Assembly (NCBI GenBank): GCA_964588985.1
Contig: CAZPQW010000003.1
Span: 32,001 to 96,000, forward strand
Source: an uncultured Solirubrobacteraceae bacterium
GTDB taxonomy: Bacteria; Actinomycetota; Thermoleophilia; Solirubrobacterales; Solirubrobacteraceae
DNA: 64,000 nt
Direction: 5' to 3'
Of this stretch, positions 9,794 through 17,942 are shown piece after piece. Below the pieces are notes generated by a model. That model was not told where the DNA came from. It saw only the letters and a program-made list of their open reading frames with translations, and ran no database searches. Within the stretch, counting starts at the first letter, position 1. Each line of letters opens with the position of its first letter. The position numbers and the translations under genes were made by a program.

Positions 9794-10036
9794 TCAGTCC
9801 TCCGGTGTCTCGCGTACGTGGGCGAGCGCCATCTGCTCGGCCATCCGCAGCAGGCCGATCAGGCAGTGCGGACGGACGTCCGCGCCCGGGCGCATGGCGA
9901 CCGAGGAGCCATGCGGCCCGAGTACCTCCACGATCGTGCACACGTCGCCGATCTGGCAGTCGTTGCCGAAACGTTCTTCGAGCGCCTCCATCTGTTCGGC
10001 GACGACCTGTCCGATCTTGCTCGCGTCGAGCGACAT
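9794..10036 (-). CDS. small hypothetical protein
   Basis: 80 aa ORF MSLDASKIGQVVAEQMEALE...IGLLRMAE, with AGGAGG RBS upstream. Confidence 0.65.
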   Translation of the reverse strand: MSLDASKIGQVVAEQMEALEERFGNDCQIGDVCTIVEVLGPHGSSVAMRPGADVRPHCLIGLLRMAEQMALAHVRETPED

Positions 10037-10202
10037 TTGAAGCCTCCTGGGTGGAGTGGGGAACAAAAGAGCTTGATCATGCCCTAAGCGCGCCGCCGCT
10101 CACAGCCCCGTATTGACTGGGTTCCCTGTACGCCTTGTGCTCTTAGTCACAAGTCTGTGTGCGTGATCACAGAGGAAAGTGCCTGCAAACGGCTAGCATT
10201 TG

Positions 10203-10216
10203 CGAACGATTGTTCG
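10203..10216. promoter_or_regulatory. LexA (SOS) box-like palindrome
   Basis: CGAAC-GATT-GTTCG, exact match to the Gram-positive/actinobacterial CGAAC-N4-GTTCG core, just after a TAGCAT -10-like hexamer (10194-10199). Confidence 0.5.
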
Positions 10217-10390
10217 ACTCGCCGAGTCGTCTTCTGGATGGAGACGAACGGGGGACCCACTGCCGGATCGCCAACACAGGTGATCCGGATGGGGCGAATC
10301 GGCTGCTGATGCAGCTGTAACGCCCGGCTGACATGCGTCTGTTTCGCATGCGTGGCCGGCCGTGAGCCCGACAGCTAACCCCGCAGGCGG
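10217..10390 (+). ncRNA. cyclic di-AMP (ydaO/yuaA) riboswitch
   Basis: Conserved blocks GCCGAGTC...GAACGGGGGACCCA...GGGGCGAATC...CCCGACAGCTAACCCCGCAGGC upstream of a cell-wall lytic gene, the typical actinobacterial context. Confidence 0.88.
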
Positions 10391-10413
10391 AAACGCAAGG
10401 AGGTTCACACAAC

Positions 10414-11061
10414 ATGTACGTCCCCGCGACGCCTGCGCAGGCTGCGCCGACCCTGGCTCCGGCCGGGATCGTCTCGACCGTGCCCGCGACGCTTGTAACG
10501 CCGGTACCCACCGCTCTGCGGGTGCGCCGGTCGCAGCTGAACGTCCTCGAGGGCAGCCGCGTCAGGATCGCCGGCGCCCTGCTCGAGAACCGTCACGCGG
10601 CGGAACCCGGCCTGGTGGTGTCGCTGCAGGAGCTCGGCCGCCACGGCTGGAGGACGCTCGCGCGCACGCACACGGGCGCGCACGGTCGCTTCCGGCTGCG
10701 CTACCTGCCGCGGAGTCTCGGCAGCCAGCTGGCGCGGCTGCGCTTCGCCGGCAACGCCACCGCACGCGGCTCGCACACGCGACTGGGACGCCTGAGCGTG
10801 TTCCGCCTCGCCGGCGCCTCCTGGTACGGCGGCGGGGGCACGACGGCCTGCGGCGGCGCTCTGACGAGCAGCACGCTCGGCGTGGCCAACAAGACGCTCC
10901 CGTGCGGAACGATGGTGACGCTCCACTACGGCAGTCGCACCGTGCGTGTGCCCGTGATCGACCGCGGGCCATATGTGGCGGGCCGCGAATTCGACCTCAC
11001 CGAAGCGACGAAGCGCGCGCTGGGGTTCGGCGACACGGGCAACGTCTGGAGCACGAACTGA
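10414..11061 (+). CDS. rlpA: RlpA-like (DPBB) septal ring lytic transglycosylase family protein
   Basis: ASWYG...VANKTLPCGT...VIDRGPYVAGREFDLT; AGGAGG RBS. Confidence 0.85.
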   Translation: MYVPATPAQAAPTLAPAGIVSTVPATLVTPVPTALRVRRSQLNVLEGSRVRIAGALLENRHAAEPGLVVSLQELGRHGWRTLARTHTGAHGRFRLRYLPRSLGSQLARLRFAGNATARGSHTRLGRLSVFRLAGASWYGGGGTTACGGALTSSTLGVANKTLPCGTMVTLHYGSRTVRVPVIDRGPYVAGREFDLTEATKRALGFGDTGNVWSTN

Positions 11062-11139
11062 GCCCGAGATAGGCGCTGAGGCTGGGCGTGTTCGTGCAGA
11101 GGTTGGGTTTTGGCGTGACGGTTCGTTGAATCACCTGGA

Positions 11140-12246
11140 ATGTCGATCGCGATGAAGCCGTCACGCACCCAACTGTGGATGGAGAGCCTCGGCGAGTGGA
11201 GCTGGCCGGGGCAGGGCGGCGCGGCCGCGGCGGAGGTGCTGCCGCCGTCGTGGGTGCCCGCGTTTCCGCCGCGTCGCGAACACGCCCAGCCGATCGGCGT
11301 CGGCTCGGCGTCGCGCCAGGCAGTGCGCCGGCGCGCCCTGCTCGTGGCGGTGCTGCTGAGCGCTCTGCTCTCGACGGGCGTGGCGCTTGCGCTGCGGGGG
11401 CAACTGGGCATCGAGAGGCTGATCGGGATCGGCGCCAGCCAGCCGGTTGCGCAGGCGCTGCCCGCGAGCTTCGAGCAGCCGTCGCCGCTGTTCTCGCTAC
11501 CCACCCTCACCAAGGTCAGCGAGGATGAAGCGGGAAGCGTGATCGACACCGCGAGCTACCACTCCAAGGCGCTGCACGGCACGGGATCCTTCCTCACGTA
11601 CCTGCCGCCGGGCTATGCGAGCACAAACGCCCACTATCCGGTGATGTACATGCTCACGGGCACCGATCAGTCCGATTCCGCGTTTCTGCAGATCGGCGTG
11701 CAGGGCGAGCTCGACCATCTGATCGCAAAGCGCGAGATTCCGCCGCTGATCGCGGTGATGGTCCAGGGCGGGCCTGGGTCGAATCTGTGGCGCAACCACT
11801 ACGAAACCTACATTCTCGAAGTGCAGGAGATGGTTGACCGGATGCTGCCGACGGTCGCGGCGCGCGGGGCGCGCGCGGTGGTGGGGGACTCGATGGGCGG
11901 GTACGGGGCGATGAACGTCGCGCTGTCCAATCCGTACCGGTTCGGTGTGGTGGAGAGCTGGTTGGGGTTCTTCAATGGGCTCGACTCAAATCTGCGCACC
12001 GATAGAAAGGTGTTCTCTCGACTCGGCCTGCACGCCTTCGTGTATGGCGGGGCATCGGATCGCATCGCCGACCCGAGCGAGAACGCTCCGTTCGCTGCCG
12101 CTCTGCGTGCTGCCGGTGCGGATGCGAAGAGCGTGGTGTATTCCGGCGAACACAACGTCGGGACCCTCGAAGCTCATCTGTCGACCGCGCTCAAGTTCGC
12201 TGGACGGGCGCTTGTCGCCGCGACTGCTGTAACGCCCGCACGCTGA
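11140..12246 (+). CDS. membrane-anchored putative esterase (alpha/beta hydrolase)
   Basis: TM segment; YLPPGY...YPVMYML; nucleophile motif GDSMGG; C-terminal GEH. Confidence 0.8.
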   Translation: MSIAMKPSRTQLWMESLGEWSWPGQGGAAAAEVLPPSWVPAFPPRREHAQPIGVGSASRQAVRRRALLVAVLLSALLSTGVALALRGQLGIERLIGIGASQPVAQALPASFEQPSPLFSLPTLTKVSEDEAGSVIDTASYHSKALHGTGSFLTYLPPGYASTNAHYPVMYMLTGTDQSDSAFLQIGVQGELDHLIAKREIPPLIAVMVQGGPGSNLWRNHYETYILEVQEMVDRMLPTVAARGARAVVGDSMGGYGAMNVALSNPYRFGVVESWLGFFNGLDSNLRTDRKVFSRLGLHAFVYGGASDRIADPSENAPFAAALRAAGADAKSVVYSGEHNVGTLEAHLSTALKFAGRALVAATAVTPAR

Positions 12247-12391
12247 CATCGCAGGTTCAGAGCCCATTCGCTCAAATGTGCGGAGCGGGCGGCTCTAGGC
12301 GTTTGAAAAGCACAGCCAGGCTGGCAGGGTCACGACACAAAAAGGCTTGTTACCTTTTTCGCCGTCCGGCGTTTCCGGGCGGGCAGACCAA

Positions 12392-12431
12392 AAACGGGGG
12401 GTTGTAGCCTGGAGCTGAGCTCAGCCATGAT
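12392..12431 (+). promoter_or_regulatory. putative promoter of cassette A
   Basis: AAACGGGGGG-TTGTAG-N18-CATGAT; the AAACGGGGGGTTG 13-mer recurs at 36551, both exactly 96 nt upstream of the first ATG. Confidence 0.5.
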
Positions 12432-12487
12432 GCCTGAGTCGTCAGAGTCGCCTCATTCAGCGCGCTCCATCAGTCAAGGAGCATCGC

Positions 12488-12634
12488 ATGAAAAATGCAA
12501 AACGACTCGGACTGTTGCTTATCGAGATGTTCGCGCTCGGTGCATACCGGGCCGCGCCGGAGGCCTTAGCACTAGGAGTACAGGTCTGTGCGGCCGTTGC
12601 GGGCAAAGTCGTCTGTGGAAGCATTATGTTGTAA
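12488..12634 (+). pseudogene. remnant of small secreted cassette protein (cassette A gene 1)
   Basis: AGTCAAGGAGCATCGCATG RBS/start nearly identical to the one before 36647; MKNAKRLGLLLIEMFALGA resembles MNRIRVIGLALIAVFAFGA; stops after 48 aa. Confidence 0.55.
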
Positions 12635-12805
12635 CAAGCCTACAATCGAATTGCGTGCAGAACAGAAGAGATAACGCTGAGGTGAAGGAAGTCGGAAAGT
12701 CTGCATTGCTCATTCAATGTGGTGCTTGTGAAAGGTGAAAGGCTAGTTGGGACGACATCGATCATGTGTCTCCTTTGAGCCCGTAAGTGTTAGGGGGTGG
12801 GAACG

Positions 12806-13260
12806 ATGGATCGCATTGGGGCTCTCAAGGTGAGCAGGTTCGCATTGGTGGGGGTCGGTGTTTGGGCTCTTGTTGTCTTCTCGGGATTCATGGCGTCGGC
12901 GCCCGCTGGGGCAGCATGTCCTAGCGCTGGTTTTCGTGTCGGTCGATCAGCCGGCTCGCCGGATTGCCGTGCACACGAGCAGGCCTCACCGGTAAACGAG
13001 GGAGTGTGTGAAAGCGGATATCGGCAGGCGGGCGGAGCCCCGTTGGGCCAATCCGTCGCCAGCGGTTCCTCTGGGCCGTCAGGCAACTTACCGCGATGGG
13101 TGCCGGTTCTGGTGCCGGTGCCTGTGAAGAAAGGTTCCAAGAAGAAACGCAAGAAGGGGCATACACGCCGTCACGGCCGATGCGTGGAGAAGAAGGGTAA
13201 GGGAGCAAGCAAGGCACGAAAGACCAATAAGAAGCGGGAGGCGCGGTTCCTGAGATTCGG
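12806..13260 (+). pseudogene. internally deleted remnant of cassette beta-propeller protein (cassette A gene 2)
   Basis: Signal peptide + C...PDCRAHEQASP N-motif joined directly to SGNL and a Lys-rich C-terminal tail; central ~600 aa missing relative to the proteins at 17943 and 37467. Confidence 0.65.
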
Positions 13261-13261
13261 A

Positions 13262-14322
13262 ATGAATCGCGCTCGAGGTGTGCACATCACCCTTGTTGCG
13301 AGCTTTGCGCTGATTGTGCCGCCGGTCGGGACGGGGACAGCCGCGACGCCTCACTGGTCAGCGGGTTCGCGATGACGCAGTCGCGCAAATGGCGATCAGC
13401 CTCTCAGGCGCGTCAGTCTCACGACTCCGCCGGGGCTGCTGGGCGTGCTCGAGAGCGTCGAACGGTGCCCCGAAGCCACAGGCGAACGCCGGGACCTGCT
13501 CCGCGGGCTCGCTGATCGGGTTGGGCTAGATCGTTGTAGGCCCGGGTTCCGCGCCGCTGACGATCGCCGGCAGCAAGGTGTATCTGACCAGTCCGTACGC
13601 AGGCAAGCCGTTCGGGCTGTCGGCCGTCGCTCAGCCCAGGCCGGCCCGTTAGCTTGGCTGGGAACACAGGTCTGGGCACGGATGTCGTGCGCGCCTCGAT
13701 CGCTATCCGACCCACACCCGGACGCTGACCGTCATCAGCGACCAGCTGCCACGACAGCTGAACGGCGTGCCGCTGAACATCCGGATGATCCACGTCGACA
13801 TCATCCGCGAAGGGTTCATGTTCAACCCGACGAACCGCAACGCGATGGCGATCGAGACGACGTCCGCGAATGCAACCGGAACGACTGCGAGCAGCCCGAT
13901 CCCGTTCCAGGCGGTCAACTGAGCAATCCTGCCCTTCAAGCCGAAGTTCACGGTCGCACTCAGGGCAAGACGAGCAAGAAGAACGGAGTATCGCTACACG
14001 TGAGGGTTACCTCAGGTGCGGGTCAGGCGAACATCGCAAAGGTCAAGGTGGACCTTCCGATACAGCTTCCGTCGCGACTCTCGACACTGCAGAAAGCGTG
14101 CATCGACAGCGTGTTCGACGCGAACCCCGCGTCTTGTCCTGCGGCGTCGGTCGTCGGACAGGCGACCGCCGTGACGCCTCTGCTCGCGCATCCGCTGACC
14201 GGGCCTGCCTATCTTGTCTCACACACCGGCGCTGCATTCCCGGACCTCGAGACGATCCTGCAGGGCGAAGGGATCACGCTGATCCTCGACGCGACATGAA
14301 GATCAAGAAGCGCGTCACGTAA
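13262..14322 (+). pseudogene. frameshifted, internally deleted remnant of large Cys-repeat secreted protein (cassette A gene 3)
   Basis: Fragments in different frames: [46 protein letters not shown]...GPAYLVSH...PDL..LQGEG, homologous to the C-termini of the 20192 and 39703 proteins. Confidence 0.8.
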
Positions 14323-14668
14323 CAGCGCTGGCGCCGAGCACTCGTATTCGAGTCCGCAAGGCCGATTCTGCACGGAGTGTTTCTCGGCTGGCGCGAGGTC
14401 CGATGGCGAAAAACCACGGAATTCAGCGCAATTCGTGTCAGCGGACTTTCAGAGAACTACTCGTGCGGAAAATTCCGCTCTTGTGGACCTGGTGATCATG
14501 TTGCTAGAACATCGTCCGTTCCAGTCCTCGGGATCTAAGTGACCCGAGGGCAATAGAAAGGGAAGTGAAAGCACGAAACCTCAAACACTTGAGGCGTCCT
14601 CTCCTGCTCCTTGGGGCGCGCCTTGAGAGCCCGCTCGACGAATCTCTGTGCGTTGGGCGACCTCGAAC

Positions 14669-14720
14669 GGGCGCCGCGTCTCTCCGACCCAGCGGAGGGC
14701 GCGGCGTCCGCCCTCTTTCA
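14669..14720 (+). terminator. GC-rich hairpin, terminator-like
   Basis: GGGCGCCGCGTCTCTCCG-ACCCAG-CGGAGGGCGCGGCGTCC (about 17 bp stem) followed by CCCTCTTT. Confidence 0.4.
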
Positions 14721-14796
14721 GAGCAGAGTACCGCACCATACTGGCCGGCCAGCCAGTATGATCTGTTCGTCTTTTACAGCGATCCGGGAGGGCGGA

Positions 14797-16029
14797 ATGG
14801 CGGCAGTGGGCAGCGATCTCGACGAGGTGCTCGTAGGCGAGCGCGAGCACTGGCAGGATGGCCCGCCGCACGAGCTGTTCGCGCGCATGAGGGGCGAGTG
14901 CCCGGTGCACTGGACCGCCCGCGTGACCGAGTACCCGACCGAGGCCGGGTTCTGGTCGGTGACCACGGCCGATGATGTCCACACGGTCAGCCGCGACTGG
15001 AAGACGTACTCCTCCGAGCTCGGCGGGATCACAGCCGTCTCCGAAGTCTTCCCGCTCGAGCTGACGCGCGCGATGTTCATTGGGATGGACCCGCCGAAGC
15101 ACGACCGCATCAAGGCGCTCTTTCAGGCCGGCTTCACGCCCAAGCGGATCGCCGACCACGAGCAGGCGATCAGGGAGATCGTGAGGGACGTGCTCGACAA
15201 GCTCGAGGGCCGCGACACGTGCGACCTCGTCGCCGACATCGCCCAGCCGGCCGTCTCTCGGGTGATCGGCAGCTTCATGGGGATCCCCAGGGAGGACGAT
15301 GCGGTGTGGGCGAGCCTGATGAACTCCGCGCTCGGCGCCGGCGATGTCGACCTCAACCCGGGCGGCATCGACGACGTCCTGCAGAAGGACATCCCCGAGA
15401 TCTTCGAGCGCTGCAGGAAGCTGATCGCCGAGCGCCTCGAGAACCCGACGGACGATCTCACGAGCGTGCTGGTGCACGCGGAGGTCGACGGGCAGAAACT
15501 GGAGGAACACGAGATCGTGATGGGCTTCTTCCTGCTCGTGGCCGCCGGCAACGACTCCACCAAGGCGACCTACTGCAGCGGGATGCGCGCGCTGATGGAA
15601 GACGGCGAGCAGATGCGGCTGTTGCTCGAGGACCCGTCGCTCGTGCCTGATGCGGTGGAGGAGTCGCTGCGGATGTTTCCCGCGTTCGCGCACTTCCGCC
15701 GCACCGCGACGTGCGACACGGAGCTGCACGGGCAGGAGATCAAGGAGGGCGAGAAGGTGGTCATGTGGTACGTGTCCTCCAACCGTGACGAGACGCGCTA
15801 CGAGGACCCGAACCGCTTCGACCTGCGACGCAAGGCGGAGCACCAGGCATTCGGCGCCGGCGGGCGGCACTTCTGCCTCGGCACCGCGCTCGCGCGCCTC
15901 GAGCTGAAGGTGATGATCGAGGAAACACTCGCGCGCTTCCCGAACATGCGGCTCGCGGGAACACCGACGTACGTCGAATCGCCGTTCATCAATCAGCTCA
16001 AGACGCTGCCTGTTCGGCTTGTACACTAG
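14797..16029 (+). CDS. cytochrome P450 (CYP124/125-like)
   Basis: MDPPKH, I-helix AAGNDST, EESLR (ExxR), heme ligand AFGAGGRHFCLG; start ATG 14797 after GGGAGG. Confidence 0.95.
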   Translation: MAAVGSDLDEVLVGEREHWQDGPPHELFARMRGECPVHWTARVTEYPTEAGFWSVTTADDVHTVSRDWKTYSSELGGITAVSEVFPLELTRAMFIGMDPPKHDRIKALFQAGFTPKRIADHEQAIREIVRDVLDKLEGRDTCDLVADIAQPAVSRVIGSFMGIPREDDAVWASLMNSALGAGDVDLNPGGIDDVLQKDIPEIFERCRKLIAERLENPTDDLTSVLVHAEVDGQKLEEHEIVMGFFLLVAAGNDSTKATYCSGMRALMEDGEQMRLLLEDPSLVPDAVEESLRMFPAFAHFRRTATCDTELHGQEIKEGEKVVMWYVSSNRDETRYEDPNRFDLRRKAEHQAFGAGGRHFCLGTALARLELKVMIEETLARFPNMRLAGTPTYVESPFINQLKTLPVRLVH

Positions 16030-16091
16030 ATAAAAGCCCGATTGTCCGACTCGGTCAGCAGAGTTGCCCGGGTTGCGCTTACGATCCGGCG

Positions 16092-16664
16092 GTGCCAAGC
16101 GGTCCGGAATTGCAAACAGAGCGTCTCCGTCTGCGTCCATGGCGGCGCGAGGACCGTGTGCCGTGGGCGCTGATGAGCGCGGACCCGCTCGTCATGGAGC
16201 ACTTCCCCGCAGTGCTCTCGGTCGCCGAGAGCGACGCGTTCGTCGAGCGGATGGAAGCGTGCTTCGAGGCGAACGGATTCGGGCTGTGGGCCGTCGAGAT
16301 TCCGGGGGAGGCGCCGTTCGTGGGATGCGTCGGGCTCCTACCCGTCGACATCGAAGCCCACTTCACGCCCGCTATCGAGATCGGCTGGCGCCTCGCACCC
16401 GCCTTCTGGGGGCGTGGGATCGCCACCGAGGCGGCCACCGCGGCGATCAGCTTCGGCTTCGACGAGATGAGGCTGCGGAGCATCGTCGCGTTCACCGCCG
16501 CCCGAAATCTGCCTTCGCGGCGCGTTATGGCGCGGCTGGGGATGCTGCGCGATCCTGCCGAGGACTTTCGGCATCCGGGGCTTCCGGCGGGACATGCGCT
16601 GGCGCCGCACGTGTTGTATCGGACCGATCCGGGGTTGTGGGACGCGCGGATGAGCGGGGATTGA
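16092..16664 (+). CDS. GNAT family N-acetyltransferase (RimJ/RimL-like)
   Basis: LQTERLRLRPW; EIGWRLAPAFWGRGIATEAA; NLPSRRVMARLGM. Confidence 0.92.
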   Translation: MPSGPELQTERLRLRPWRREDRVPWALMSADPLVMEHFPAVLSVAESDAFVERMEACFEANGFGLWAVEIPGEAPFVGCVGLLPVDIEAHFTPAIEIGWRLAPAFWGRGIATEAATAAISFGFDEMRLRSIVAFTAARNLPSRRVMARLGMLRDPAEDFRHPGLPAGHALAPHVLYRTDPGLWDARMSGD

Positions 16665-16893
16665 CTGAAGTCTCCGATCGTTTCACCTGTTGTCAGGTTG
16701 GTATCTACTGAAGTCTGGCGCGAACCTGTGCTGATGTGAGACGAGGGATGGGTCAAGGCTTCGCTGGTTCTGAAGACGGCACCTGCGGAAACTAGAAACG
16801 GTAGTCTCGCGAGAATTCGTAGTTTTCCAGCACTCAGGTTGATCCCTTCTGCCGGAAAACTGGGGCCCAGCTGAAGTTCGATGTTGATTCAGT

Positions 16894-16933
16894 AAAAACC
16901 CCCCTTGACGAGGATCTGGCCCTCTGGCAGATT
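16894..16933 (+). promoter_or_regulatory. putative sigma-70-type promoter of cassette B
   Basis: AAAAACCCCCC-TTGACG-N17-CAGATT upstream of 17068. Confidence 0.45.
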
Positions 16934-17067
16934 CGCCCCACCGGAACGCACGACTGCAGTATGGGGAGCGGCGTTTTTGGTTCTCAATCTGTCGGCTCTA
17001 TGATGCTCTGTTCAGAAGAATTGAGTGCCATAGGTCGACGCACATACAACAAAAGGAGTAGTTTGAT

Positions 17068-17673
17068 ATGCGATTAGTAAAGGTGATTGGTGCCGCCCTG
17101 ACGGCCGTGTTCGCGTTCGGCGCGATAGTCGCAGCGGGAGCATCAGCGCATTCTTTCGTAGGCAGCTCACCGACACTGTTAGTCTTAGCCAAGAAAGATG
17201 TCGGGCTACAGGTCTTCAAGACCTTAGCTGGAACGCTTGAATGCGAAACCATAGAAGGACATGGCATTACACCGGCAACGCTCAAAACCTTAACGCAGAC
17301 AGTAACGGTTTCGTACAGGAACTGTGTTGCTACAGGCCAGAGCGAGCTCACCGGGAAACCAAACGAGCCAATTTTAGCTGAATATGAATTCAGCGCGGAC
17401 AACAGCGTAAAGATTTTGAAATTAATCTCCATCGTAGCAACCGTGTTCGGAGCCAAATGCACGATTGACGTTCCGGCGCAAGGACCCCTTACAACTATTA
17501 CTTATACAAACCCTAACAACAAAACAATCTTAGTTGCGGCAAACGTTTCAGAAATCGAATCAAAAGCGGTAGGTACCGGTTGCTTAGAGCAATACAGTAC
17601 TTCCAAAACCGGAACGTACGTCGGCAACAGTACGGTCGAAGCAGACGCGGGTGGGTCTATTCAGTGGGAATAA
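17068..17673 (+). CDS. small secreted Cys-containing beta-rich protein (cassette B gene 1)
   Basis: AAAAGGAG RBS; signal peptide ending AGASA; 4 Cys; low GC. Confidence 0.85.
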   Translation: MRLVKVIGAALTAVFAFGAIVAAGASAHSFVGSSPTLLVLAKKDVGLQVFKTLAGTLECETIEGHGITPATLKTLTQTVTVSYRNCVATGQSELTGKPNEPILAEYEFSADNSVKILKLISIVATVFGAKCTIDVPAQGPLTTITYTNPNNKTILVAANVSEIESKAVGTGCLEQYSTSKTGTYVGNSTVEADAGGSIQWE

Positions 17674-17942
17674 GTAGCATGACAACTGCGCGTTAGCTAA
17701 ATCGCGCGGGCGCTCGTCGGATGGGGACCGCCACAAACACGGGCCCCGTCCGTCGTGGCGTCGTCGGGCCGCGTTCGAGACAGCGAGCGCGGCGAGTTGT
17801 ATAACACCTTTGCAGAAGCTCATTCCGGACCATCTGGTCAATTCGGACGACCGATCTTGCCATAGGGCATTGGTTTGAACTACGGTCCTGGGCGAATTGG
17901 AGTACCTGGTCGGGTGCAATGTTTGGGAGAGGAGTTGTGAAG

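Noticed and set aside
14346-14358. TTCGAGTCC as a second tRNA fragment
   Set aside because: No complementary T-stem or acceptor strand around it
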